A stretch of DNA of 64,000 nucleotides from a virus. Its lineage: Duplodnaviria; Heunggongvirae; Uroviricota; Caudoviricetes. Below are positions 11,101 through 19,928 of this stretch, piece by piece. The DNA is taken from the IMG/VR virus record IMGVR_UViG_2778261268_000002. The stretch is one strand, 5' to 3'. Within the stretch, counting starts at the first letter, position 1; every line of letters begins with the position of its first letter. The position numbers and the translations under genes were made by a program. The notes beneath the pieces are model-generated. The model was not told the origin of the DNA. It did no database searches and saw only the letters and a list, made by a program, of their open reading frames with translations.

Positions 11101-11558
11101 CCACGCGCATCGCGTTGGTTTTGGCTTTTTTGCGCACCGCCTTTTTGACCGAACATTTCGCGAGCGTGTTCGGCTGCTTCGGTCCGTTGCGCCTTTACAT
11201 CCTCTGGTATAGCCTTCCTGCGTCGTTTTTTACCATTTGGTGTGGTTGATTTGGCCCGCTGTTCCTGTTGAGCAACATCTTCCTGAACTACACGAGAAAC
11301 GTCCCCTAAATTAAGCCGTTTCATTGCGTCAACAATAGGGTCTACTGATGGCGCTTTGGCCACAAAGTCAGGCCGGGAATTTTCGATTGTGTGATTTAAT
11401 GCCGACACGCTGCGAGAGACAGGATCAACAGTAGCAACTCGCCCACCTTTCAAATCTTCAACAGCTTCCCGGATACCAGCAAGCTCTTCCAGCTCTTTTG
11501 CGCTGGCGGTTTCAACTGTCCTTATAACATCGTCAATGTTGGCGTTTTTTCTTTCCAT
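8184..11558 (-). CDS. sit: Tape-measure-like injection protein with soluble lytic transglycosylase domain
   Basis: 1124 aa; Gly/Ala/Lys-rich helical central region; transglycosylase motif ...GAFQITKGTREDLGLSDADAMDTRKAADGAARYLSMLMNRYNGDQGRAIAAYHAGMG. Confidence 0.8.
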   Translation of the reverse strand: MERKNANIDDVIRTVETASAKELEELAGIREAVEDLKGGRVATVDPVSRSVSALNHTIENSRPDFVAKAPSVDPIVDAMKRLNLGDVSRVVQEDVAQQEQRAKSTTPNGKKRRRKAIPEDVKAQRTEAAEHAREMFGQKGGAQKSQNQRDARGRFIGKSGSKAAAEDARAERAEKARRKEDDERLNAESGLLKKLSKVAEGIGNPSETRAVDALGYAVAGPLWAAGKELGGISKEVGGSLNGARKSIADVIRGNDDNSRRKGFFRRKSQNSADVVQVNTQKRTVQELQDQTSEIKEGNDKILSALDQIAKNTGKKKGGLLSKLFSLLGKGAGGVASLLMGRGMLKKAGALAFGALGAKKLVGMLRGGGKKTLAHEGGDLAARAAGKLGLKAVGKGALRAIPLVGTVAGGIYDAVTGWNDTEAQRRAFGLKSGQDPSFQQKAAYTLANVLDMGGLVSGISSAIGEVLKSLGFEDIGNMLQSFSTESIALAIDSGITNLETYISNLGDTISTKFDDYTAKIGDAVSAWFSDTSNKLLEKLDAIKDFFTVDNLKQVFSDAIDSAIDFIKNPGKHIKEAAGNIWDGVKNLPGKALDAAVDAVKNTPAAMIVSKIPNPIGEANAKEITPELKAPVNSHQGTSDSKTESDAKQTNIAARVINAALDMAKDSNKTVKETANQIINANAVETGNKAAQTIDAALGQSATGKEEALSAYEIDKRRFNNGKDVSLPKLNAAGYQWISDNADYFDELERKYGLEKGILSAVASAESSAGQRTGNPVDKNGNKLSSALGAFQITKGTREDLGLSDADAMDTRKAADGAARYLSMLMNRYNGDQGRAIAAYHAGMGHVDKGRVVAGTGEYVTRVRGYQQMLNNGAVYGSKVDHSAPAIYEKIPDNAVIDQSTGLAFTPGDSPFEKGGLVDKIGNAVGVNDLVNKFMNGRGMRREVVQGTLEERARGKGTATAAGNVYVDTPMPVEEARPVASNSSYFDQLGAQMGIDGLFDKLRNSPGMRKNNAPEPASTSQVTTAANDLQQPTGRMQIDGQVISDLGGSGAKPTMQLADNTVSLDGETKRLFAQMTSLLARIEEHTKDSAKGQGTVVKVSTPQPGVMRTVPLSIDDPLMNDYARVD

Positions 11559-11639
11559 GATCTTATCGCCTACCGTTTCGGTTTAAGTTTTTCTTCCAGT
11601 TTCTCCAACAGGAAAAACGCATAGGATTCAGTGAGCCTT

Positions 11640-12521
11640 TCAGCGTCCTGAATCGGTATACCCCCATACAAAACCAGGTTGGACACTAAGGTCTGATAGC
11701 TTTTCAATCCCCACCTGTGGAATGAAGTCGGTAGCCCGAAAGGGCACCCACAGACGGGTATACGCACCCTCTGTGGACTCCTTTTTATCCTGGTTTGGGC
11801 ATTTATGCGGCGGGAGACGAAGACGCATTTCACCTTTATCGATGTAGCACGGTAAACCATGTTCGAGCTTTTCATGAGCCAGTCGGATGTGTGCCGCCAG
11901 CTTCATAAATTCAGTATCAATGGCCATCCGTTTAATCGTTTCATAACGACGCTCAGCCTGATCTTCACGAGTACCGCTAACATCGTTATAAAGCTCACAC
12001 TGATAAGCGAATTCCCAAAAACGCAAATCAACGATCGCTTCTTTGAATTCCGCGTCGTCTTCAGGTGGCAATGCTGCACGGCGCATCTCCAGCATTTCCA
12101 TTGCCCAACCATCAAGCGGCACGATACGCCATTGATAAGGCACTCCCTCTACAGACACCTCAATATCGTCAATGAAAGGTTCCACTTCCAGGACCTGGAT
12201 ATCTTCAGCCAGAGCATTCATATCGCAATCGTAATAATGCTCTTTACCGCAATGTTTACAGGTGTAGGTGAATGTCTCGACCGGTGTTTCACGGGAGCCG
12301 GTAAATATCCACCATAACGCGGTAATCCGGTCCTGCGCCGTCCATGTCAGGGGATCATGTTTCGCGGGTTCAGCCAGCAAGGCTTTTAAATATGCCGTTG
12401 TCTGTTGTTCTTGTTCCTCCGGTGTTATCGAGTTGAAACGCATCGCATCAGCAATATTTGGCTGACGGAACTGGATCAATTCAGTTGGCCGCGATGGTAG
12501 CGGGAAAAGGGGTAAAAGCAT
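11640..12521 (-). CDS. Tail morphogenesis protein (hypothetical)
   Basis: 293 aa; Cys cluster CKHCGKEHYYDC; an overlapping frame (11570-11875) has a protein-like C-terminus, so a frameshift is possible. Confidence 0.5.
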   Translation of the reverse strand: MLLPLFPLPSRPTELIQFRQPNIADAMRFNSITPEEQEQQTTAYLKALLAEPAKHDPLTWTAQDRITALWWIFTGSRETPVETFTYTCKHCGKEHYYDCDMNALAEDIQVLEVEPFIDDIEVSVEGVPYQWRIVPLDGWAMEMLEMRRAALPPEDDAEFKEAIVDLRFWEFAYQCELYNDVSGTREDQAERRYETIKRMAIDTEFMKLAAHIRLAHEKLEHGLPCYIDKGEMRLRLPPHKCPNQDKKESTEGAYTRLWVPFRATDFIPQVGIEKLSDLSVQPGFVWGYTDSGR

Positions 12522-12535
12522 CCTTGCTCCTTAAT

Positions 12536-13147
12536 TCAAAGAGAAAAACTAAAGCCCAGAAGGGAAGCCAAAGAACTTGAGGATTGGTTAAACGTGCTGT
12601 GCAATGCGAAGGTCATTGGGAATGACTTAAATTCCGTGACCTGATCCCGCGCATAGGTGACATCGCCGGTAGTAACCGGGAATACCGTCATCTCATTTTC
12701 CAGTTTGGTTAAACCGGAAGACAGCAACCGATAAATACGCACATTGAGCAAATATTTAGACGGTATGTTCACGGTGCCGTCAGGATTGATCACCCGACTT
12801 TTTGCCGTCTTAAACCAGTCCAAAACGAGGCCATCACCGGTATCCCTGACCATCATTGTTATCTGCCCAGGCGAACGCTCCGTTGGCTGAAGGATATTCC
12901 CTCCGCCGATTTTAATCGTTTCATATTCGATGCTGTAATCGTGGTAGGTAATGTCTTTGGCAAAGAAGTCTGCCCCCTCCAGCCCATCAACTTCGACAGA
13001 GAACTGCCATCCTTGCGCGAACAGCATTTTGTTCATGATGATTGACGTCAGCTTACCAACTTCCCGCTCACCAACGCCGGAGCCAAATAATGTCGTCGTT
13101 AATGCCGAAGATATATAAGACTTTACTGATGCAACATTAAGTCCCAT
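12536..13147 (-). CDS. Putative tail tube / tail structural protein
   Basis: 203 aa; position corresponds to the tail-tube gene of P1-type tail operons (from memory of gene order, not from sequence similarity). Confidence 0.4.
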   Translation of the reverse strand: MGLNVASVKSYISSALTTTLFGSGVGEREVGKLTSIIMNKMLFAQGWQFSVEVDGLEGADFFAKDITYHDYSIEYETIKIGGGNILQPTERSPGQITMMVRDTGDGLVLDWFKTAKSRVINPDGTVNIPSKYLLNVRIYRLLSSGLTKLENEMTVFPVTTGDVTYARDQVTEFKSFPMTFALHSTFNQSSSSLASLLGFSFSL

Positions 13148-13157
13148 ATCAACGACC

Positions 13158-13748
<591 letters not shown>

Positions 13749-13878
13749 TTAACCGATTCTACGAGTTGTCATTTGTTACCGGTCAGTCTACACATTTCAG
13801 ATACTACGTTAAAACAACTCAAGTGCTTCAAGTAGCACATCGTCATCAACACCCAATCCGAAGATGCGGAGATAAAAT

Positions 13879-15063
13879 TCAAGCCTTAAGAGGCTTTGTG
13901 TATGTTCGTGTAATCCAACCAGTAATAAACTCATCCCCTGATTTAACCTGCACGTAAAGCCATTGACGATCTTTCTTATCTAAAATAGCAACAATTGTGT
14001 TTTTGCCAATGCATTCAATCACTTCACTATTTAAAGAAGGACTGACATGTAATCTTACGTTATCACCAGTTATAAACCTAAAACCATTGAGATCTTCCCA
14101 CTTAATTTCTGTGTTTTCTTTAATTAATTTTTGTTTTGATATTGGTGCATCCTCATATAGGGATACAGAATATGATTCTGTCTTGTGTATTTGCGATAAG
14201 ATTTGTTCTTTTGCATAATCAGCAATAGCGCCAAGCACCACTTCTGTTAAAAGCCACATAATAATAAACTGAAGCGGGTGAGGGAGCGACTTAAATGAAT
14301 CAATGAACGTCGAACTGGATTTATTTAATCCTTTGTCTTGAACATCACTTTCGTTGTGAGATGTTTCAATAGCACCTTCGACATAAGCCTGTGCAATTGA
14401 TGAAAGACTTTGCTCCATTATTTGATGTAATGAAGCCTTTTGCGCTAGGGTATATTGTTTTAATGATTCTTTTATTTCATTGTTTAAATCTATCTTATGA
14501 CTTACATTTTGTCGCAATTCATTAAGTATTGCTTGCATGTTATTTAAACCAGCTTGCTTATTAAGCATCTCGAACTGGTTTCGTAACGGCATAGCAATTT
14601 CTGCCTGCTTCCTTAGCATTTGAATGTATTTATTTGCATCATGCGGGGGATAAACCTTGGCCTGTTTCTGTAGAATTTCAAGAAATTCACGATGCTTGCT
14701 ATTTATTCTTCTCAAGCTCGTCATGTTCGCAAGCTGTTTTTTAACAGAATCACTAAGTAACGATTGCAAATTCAATCTTGCTATTTGTTCTTGAGCTAGC
14801 CGCCCTATTCTTAACTGTTCTTGCAAGTTTGCCATATGTTCTCTATACGATGGAATGATTGCGTTTTTTTGCAGTTCTGCCAACTGTCTAACCAAATTAT
14901 TAGAAGCATATTCTGATTTTAATAAATCACTTGCCGATGTATATCCTGGCATTTTGATTTTACTTAAATTATCACGCCAGGTAATATTTGAATCTCTATT
15001 ATAGAGATCGCTTACTGAGCCAAGTGCAAGTTTTTTAATATCCTTCACTTTATTCACCGTCAT
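13879..15063 (-). CDS. Membrane-anchored coiled-coil protein with C-terminal SH3-like domain (sim-type exclusion operon)
   Basis: 394 aa, AT-rich; one hydrophobic segment FIIMWLLTEVVLGAIADY; C-terminal ...FRFITGDNVRLHVSPSLNSEVIECIG...WLYVQVKSGDEFITGWI. Confidence 0.5.
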   Translation of the reverse strand: MTVNKVKDIKKLALGSVSDLYNRDSNITWRDNLSKIKMPGYTSASDLLKSEYASNNLVRQLAELQKNAIIPSYREHMANLQEQLRIGRLAQEQIARLNLQSLLSDSVKKQLANMTSLRRINSKHREFLEILQKQAKVYPPHDANKYIQMLRKQAEIAMPLRNQFEMLNKQAGLNNMQAILNELRQNVSHKIDLNNEIKESLKQYTLAQKASLHQIMEQSLSSIAQAYVEGAIETSHNESDVQDKGLNKSSSTFIDSFKSLPHPLQFIIMWLLTEVVLGAIADYAKEQILSQIHKTESYSVSLYEDAPISKQKLIKENTEIKWEDLNGFRFITGDNVRLHVSPSLNSEVIECIGKNTIVAILDKKDRQWLYVQVKSGDEFITGWITRTYTKPLKA

Positions 15064-15556
15064 CTTGCTTTAAACATCCATCATTTTTAGCTTCCTTGTA
15101 AATACTTGAAATTCCATCAAGAGAGAATGATGTAATTCGACGCGATCCGATATATACATCCATGTTTTTTTCTTTTGTGGCTGACGCTGACTTCCAAAAA
15201 GAATACCATTCCCTACGATTTGGAGCAGTGTTTTGCGTACCAATATTAAAGCTATCCGGACCAACAATTAAGGTAATTACATCAGCTTTACGAGAAATTG
15301 TGTCGCGTGTAGAAAAATCAGCATTCTCTTTCCCTCCACTTACATACAAATTTCTTCCAGCTATATGATCTTCGGAACCTTCCCTTGCTCCAGCATCACA
15401 AGAAAAGTTAATTGTATAACCATCGTCATTGGTTGCAGAGATTTCTCTCCACCCTTGCTCACCTCCTACCGTCCAAACGGTAGAACCTGCCATTGCTGAT
15501 AATGGCAGAAAAGAGGACATTAATAAAAAGCTATACAATGACTTATATAATTTCAT
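15050..15556 (-). CDS. Secreted protein with signal peptide
   Basis: 168 aa; N-terminus MKLYKSLYSFLLMSSFLPLSAMA; 14-nt overlap with the downstream gene. Confidence 0.5.
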   Translation of the reverse strand: MKLYKSLYSFLLMSSFLPLSAMAGSTVWTVGGEQGWREISATNDDGYTINFSCDAGAREGSEDHIAGRNLYVSGGKENADFSTRDTISRKADVITLIVGPDSFNIGTQNTAPNRREWYSFWKSASATKEKNMDVYIGSRRITSFSLDGISSIYKEAKNDGCLKQDDGE

Positions 15557-15644
15557 ATTTTTATCCTTTTTGTTTTAGATATTATAGGCATAGTCCATAT
15601 TGTTAGATCCACTATGCCCAGAGAATTTAATATTATTCATTAAA

Positions 15645-16136
15645 TTATGGAGCTACACCCGGCCCCCTGGCTCGTTCTTCAAGCGTACCCTGCACGTTTT
15701 GATGGCGCATTCCTGGGGCATTTCTGATTGAGTCAATGCCATTTCTTCCAACATCTTCTTTATTAACGGCATTGCTCGCCACCAGCACACCCCAGCTAGG
15801 GATAGCAAAATCAGGAGCGGTTTCGCATGCCTTTACCATATAATCGAAAGTGCTTCGATTGATCTCATTTGCATCGGGGTTTAATAGGCGAGAATATTGG
15901 TATTTAGCATTTGCGTTGGTTGAGACTTTATACAGTTCCTGCTGCACCATCGCTTCAGAAAGTTTAAGGCGCTTCATATCTGACAGTAACTTCTTGCGCA
16001 TGGATTCGTCTTCACTGACAGCAAATCCGTAAACGTGCCCAAGGTATTTCGTATAATCGGTACAAATCTCCTTTACGCTTGATGCTGCATTAACAGTCCC
16101 AGCCATAAATAATAACGGTAGTAATAGTTTTCTCAT
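15645..16136 (-). CDS. Secreted protein with Sit-like C-terminal motif (SimC-like superinfection-exclusion candidate)
   Basis: 163 aa from ATG at 16136 (RBS AGGTGAGG); signal peptide MRKLLLPLLFMAGTVNA; C-terminal NAPGMRHQNVQGTLEERARGPG is 17/22 identical to Sit NGRGMRREVVQGTLEERARGKG. Confidence 0.55.
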   Translation of the reverse strand: MRKLLLPLLFMAGTVNAASSVKEICTDYTKYLGHVYGFAVSEDESMRKKLLSDMKRLKLSEAMVQQELYKVSTNANAKYQYSRLLNPDANEINRSTFDYMVKACETAPDFAIPSWGVLVASNAVNKEDVGRNGIDSIRNAPGMRHQNVQGTLEERARGPGVAP

Positions 16137-16232
16137 TATAACCTCACCTGCCTTATAACTCATTTAGGGTACATATTTTCGCCTTTAAAAAAAAGAGGTT
16201 ATTAGATCCAATTGTGCATTTATTAAACAAAC

Positions 16233-16249
16233 AATGCTCTAATAAATTT
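16233..16249 (+). promoter_or_regulatory. Repressor (C1-type) operator
   Basis: AATGCTCTAATAAATTT, one mismatch to the recurring ATTGCTCTAATAAATTT motif. Confidence 0.5.
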
Positions 16250-16399
16250 GTATTTTTAAGTCACGAATGCTATCTTTTCGCATCATATTGACCTTTTAAT
16301 CGTTCAGGCTTATAGTTCCGCCGTCGTAGCAAATTCTGCGACCAGGTTTGACAGCCTGAATGATTGTGCGGACAACCGCAGATTTCCGATATTGCGGTA

Positions 16400-16520
16400 T
16401 TTTTGTGTCCGTTAAACCGCGTTACGCCCAAATTATGGTGGGGCGTGATGGGGAGGCTTCGGCCTGCTGGTTTCACAATCGCCAGTCTGTCAACCCTGTC
16501 ACGTCCTGCCACCTGTTTGA
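16400..16520 (+). ncRNA. Candidate c4-type antisense regulatory RNA (boundaries approximate)
   Basis: Non-coding leader between operator and icd/ant with stable hairpins (GGCTTCGGCC, ACGCCC...GGGCGT) and segments complementary to downstream leader sequence. Confidence 0.25.
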
Positions 16521-16563
16521 CAGCGGGTAGCAGGTTGTTAAACCTGATTGTGAGGCCGTAACT

Positions 16564-16785
16564 ATGGGTAATGCCAATCCTTGCGCACGCCAAGAATTCA
16601 TCTGGCGTTTCTATTCCTGTAAAAAACACCACTATCACTTCGTTATCGCAGCAACAGAAGACGAAGCACGCTCTCAATTGCCTGACGGCCCCTGCATTTT
16701 TACTGCCCGTTTTTCAACTAACTCGCGCAATTCACTTAGTTACTGGAGCCTCCCCTTCTCTGCCGACGTTCAGGGGGGTTTATGA
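16564..16785 (+). CDS. icd: Small protein translationally coupled to ant (Icd-like, 73 aa)
   Basis: 73 aa; stop overlaps the ant start (ATGA at 16782-16785). Confidence 0.45.
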   Translation: MGNANPCARQEFIWRFYSCKKHHYHFVIAATEDEARSQLPDGPCIFTARFSTNSRNSLSYWSLPFSADVQGGL

Positions 16786-17825
16786 AAAAACCTCTCGTCA
16801 CCCGTAATGACATAGCCGAAGCGATCGCCCTGCATACTGCCTGTATGCCGACACGGGAGATCCCCGGCGCAATTGCCAACTATTTCATGATAACCAGACG
16901 TTTTTATACCCGAACAGATAAGGCTGTGATCAACAAGCTACTGATAGCCGAGATCAGGGATTATTTGATTGAACAAGGACGTCTACGTTACGCAACAGTG
17001 GCAGCAGAAATGAGAAAGGAGGCACATAGAATGACCGGTAATAATTTGAATGTTGAAAAAACAGCACCTGTTACGTCAGCTACGCCAGCACCAGCCGTGA
17101 ATATCATCCCCAACACCGGAGACACAATCGACAGCCTGACACTGTTAAAGATGGTCAATGAAGCGCGTAAGTTATGTGGGGAACCAGAGGTTCGGAACAA
17201 CAAATTCATCGAAAAAATACTCGACGAATTAGAAGGTGAGGACGGTTACACAAAAAGTGCAACCGTGCCGCCAGGTGGCGGTACGCCTATGGTTGTCATA
17301 ACCATGACCTACAAACAAGCCCTGCGAGTCGCCGCACGCGAATCAAAAGCCGTCCGCCGTTTGCTGATCGACAAACTGGAAGAATTGCAGCAGGCAAACT
17401 CCCCTGCCCCATCGATCCCCCAAACATTACCAGAAGCTCTACGCCTGGCTGCCGAGTTGGCAGAACAGAAAATGCAGCTGGAACAACAGCTGGTGGCCGC
17501 AGCCCCTAAAGTCGATTTTGCCGACCGGGTATCAGTGGCCAATGGAATCCTGATCGGGAACTTTGCAAAGGTCGTTGGACTTAAGCAAAACGCCCTTTTC
17601 TCATGGTTGCGCCAGAACGGCATTCTCATGGCTTTTGGTGCGCGCAAAAACGTACCGCGCCAACAGTACATCAACGCCGGGTATTTCACGGTGAAAGAAG
17701 TGGTGCTGGATGATGAAAATGGCTACCAGATACGGCTGACGCCCCAATTAACGGGTAAAGGCCAGCAGTGGTTAACTCGCAAGCTACTTGATGCTGGTTT
17801 GTTAAAACCAGTAGCAATAGGTTAA
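16782..17825 (+). CDS. ant: Antirepressor (KilAC-type C-terminal domain)
   Basis: 347 aa; C-terminal ...PKVDFADRVSVANGILIGNFAKVVGLKQNALFSWLRQNGIL... paralogous to the KilA C-terminus. Confidence 0.65.
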   Translation: MKKPLVTRNDIAEAIALHTACMPTREIPGAIANYFMITRRFYTRTDKAVINKLLIAEIRDYLIEQGRLRYATVAAEMRKEAHRMTGNNLNVEKTAPVTSATPAPAVNIIPNTGDTIDSLTLLKMVNEARKLCGEPEVRNNKFIEKILDELEGEDGYTKSATVPPGGGTPMVVITMTYKQALRVAARESKAVRRLLIDKLEELQQANSPAPSIPQTLPEALRLAAELAEQKMQLEQQLVAAAPKVDFADRVSVANGILIGNFAKVVGLKQNALFSWLRQNGILMAFGARKNVPRQQYINAGYFTVKEVVLDDENGYQIRLTPQLTGKGQQWLTRKLLDAGLLKPVAIG

Positions 17826-17838
17826 CAAAAGAAAAAAA

Positions 17839-17858
17839 CCTGCCAGCAAACTGGCAGG
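17839..17858 (+). terminator. Rho-independent terminator after ant
   Basis: CCTGCCAG-CAAA-CTGGCAGG followed by TTTC. Confidence 0.55.
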
Positions 17859-17903
17859 TTTCTGAGCAGATCGTCCAACCCGATCTGGATCGGGTCAGAA
17901 AAA

Positions 17904-17920
17904 TTTGCTCTAATAAATTT
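17904..17920 (+). promoter_or_regulatory. Repressor (C1-type) operator upstream of kilA-repL
   Basis: TTTGCTCTAATAAATTT. Confidence 0.55.
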
Positions 17921-17989
17921 CGTTTTCTAAGTGCAAAGAATCACCATTTCGAGCTGGTGATTGAAGGTTGATGCAAATTTGGAGAAAAA

Positions 17990-18790
17990 ATGCAACAAAC
18001 ATTCAATGCGGATATGAATATATCAAACCTTCATCAAAATGTCGATCCTTCAACCACTCTGCCCGTTATTTGTGGTGTTGAAATTACGACCGACCGCGCT
18101 GGCCGTTACAACCTTAATGCTCTACACAGAGCGAGCGGACTCGGTGCCCATAAAGCGCCAGCTCAATGGCTAAGAACGCTGTCAGCTAAACAGCTCATCG
18201 AAGAGCTTGAAAAAGAAACTATGCAGAATTGCATAGTTTCGTTCGAAGGCCGTGGCGGCGGCACTTTTGCCCATGAATTGCTCGCAGTGGAGTACGCTGG
18301 TTGGATTTCTCCCGCGTTTCGGCTGAAGGTAAACCAGACATTTATCGACTATCGAGCTGGAAGATTACAACCTGCTATTCCGAAGAGCCTCCCAGAAGCT
18401 CTCCGTTTGGCTGCCGACCTGGCAGAGCAAAAGCAACGGCTGGAGCAAAAAATGCTGATGGATGCACCTAAAGTCGAATTCGCCGAACGCGTTGCTACCG
18501 CCAGCGGGGTTCTAATCGGCAACTATGCCAAAGTGCTCGGCCTGGGCCAAAACTATCTCTTCACCTGGTTGCGTGATAACGGAATTCTGATCGCAACCGG
18601 TGAACGCAGGAACGTCCCCAAACAAGAATACATATCCCGTGGGTATTTCACCCTTAAAGAAACCGTGATCGATACAAGCAATGGAAGCAGGATTTCTTTC
18701 ACGACTCGTATAACCGGCAAAGGTCAGCAGTGGCTGATGAAGCGATTGCTTGATGCTGGTGTGCTGGTACCTGTCGCGGCAACGCGCTAA
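17990..18790 (+). CDS. kilA: KilA (KilA-N domain plus KilAC domain)
   Basis: 266 aa; N-terminal VICGVEITTDRAGRYNLNALHRASGLG; C-terminus paralogous to Ant. Confidence 0.7.
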   Translation: MQQTFNADMNISNLHQNVDPSTTLPVICGVEITTDRAGRYNLNALHRASGLGAHKAPAQWLRTLSAKQLIEELEKETMQNCIVSFEGRGGGTFAHELLAVEYAGWISPAFRLKVNQTFIDYRAGRLQPAIPKSLPEALRLAADLAEQKQRLEQKMLMDAPKVEFAERVATASGVLIGNYAKVLGLGQNYLFTWLRDNGILIATGERRNVPKQEYISRGYFTLKETVIDTSNGSRISFTTRITGKGQQWLMKRLLDAGVLVPVAATR

Positions 18791-18819
18791 CAGACGTAGT
18801 AAGAACCACCAGCATTGTA

Positions 18820-19665
18820 ATGCTGGCTAAAGTCACTTTCCTGAGCTGTATAACGATGAGCGATTTTACTTTTTCTGGCTATGAATTGGCCTGCTTTGTA
18901 ACACACTCCGGTCTATCCCGTAGCGCCGGGCATATCCTGTCGCAATGTGCAAATCTCGCGGCAACAACCAGTGAATACTTCATTCACAAGCCTCACCGCC
19001 TGATCGCGGCAGAAACTGGTTATAGCCAATCAACCGTCGTTCGTGCATTCCGTGAAGCTGTAAACAAAGGAATCCTGTCTGTAGAGATTGTTATCGGCGA
19101 TCACCGTGAACGTCGCGCTAACCTGTACCGGTTTACACCATCCTTTTTGGCCTTCGCACAACAAGCCAAAAATGCGCTGATTGAAAGCAAATTAAAGATC
19201 TCTTCAGCCGCAACCAAGGTTAAAGCTGTTCTCGCTAAGACATTGGCTTTATTTGATTTTTTATCCACACCCCCATGTCAAAATGATACCCCCTCCCCCT
19301 GTCAGGATGACGTGGCAATAAAGAATAAGAAGTCACAAATTAAAAAAACAAAAAGATCAGTTTCCGGCGGTGCCGGAACGACCAGACTCAAAAAATTGAC
19401 TTCATGGATCGCTGAGGCAAAAGCAAAGGCTGACAATCTGCGGTTATCCAAAAAACGCGCTCAAAAACATGAGTTCAAGCAGAAAGTAGAGGCGGCAGCG
19501 CGGAAATATACTTACCTGAAGAACAAGCGTTCTCCTGATATTAGCGGGATATCAAACTTCGATAATCTGCCGCATTGCATGACGGTAAACGAAGCTCTTA
19601 ATGCGGTTTTAGCCAAAAATAAAGATAACGAAAAATGGGGTATACCGGCAGGATTCAGAGGGTGA
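18820..19665 (+). CDS. repL: Lytic replication initiator (RepL-like)
   Basis: 281 aa immediately downstream of kilA; basic, helix-turn-helix-like N-terminal region; size and position as for P1 RepL. Confidence 0.55.
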   Translation: MLAKVTFLSCITMSDFTFSGYELACFVTHSGLSRSAGHILSQCANLAATTSEYFIHKPHRLIAAETGYSQSTVVRAFREAVNKGILSVEIVIGDHRERRANLYRFTPSFLAFAQQAKNALIESKLKISSAATKVKAVLAKTLALFDFLSTPPCQNDTPSPCQDDVAIKNKKSQIKKTKRSVSGGAGTTRLKKLTSWIAEAKAKADNLRLSKKRAQKHEFKQKVEAAARKYTYLKNKRSPDISGISNFDNLPHCMTVNEALNAVLAKNKDNEKWGIPAGFRG

Positions 19666-19928
19666 TAGATTGCTCTAATCTGGAGTCACCTGGCATTTTC
19701 AGTTTGAGGTCGGAGATGCAATCTGATTTTTACAGTTAGCGATCACTTTTTGCAGGGCATCGTTGAGACATATCCATATATAAAAACCCAAAGCCAGATC
19801 AAAACTTGTACTGATAAAAACACAGCTAACCATCACAACTTGTAACGTTTATAATGAGTAAAAGAGTGATACATTGCTACTTTTACATATTTTTTGACTT
19901 AATTCATGGATAGTAATGGAGATGCATA

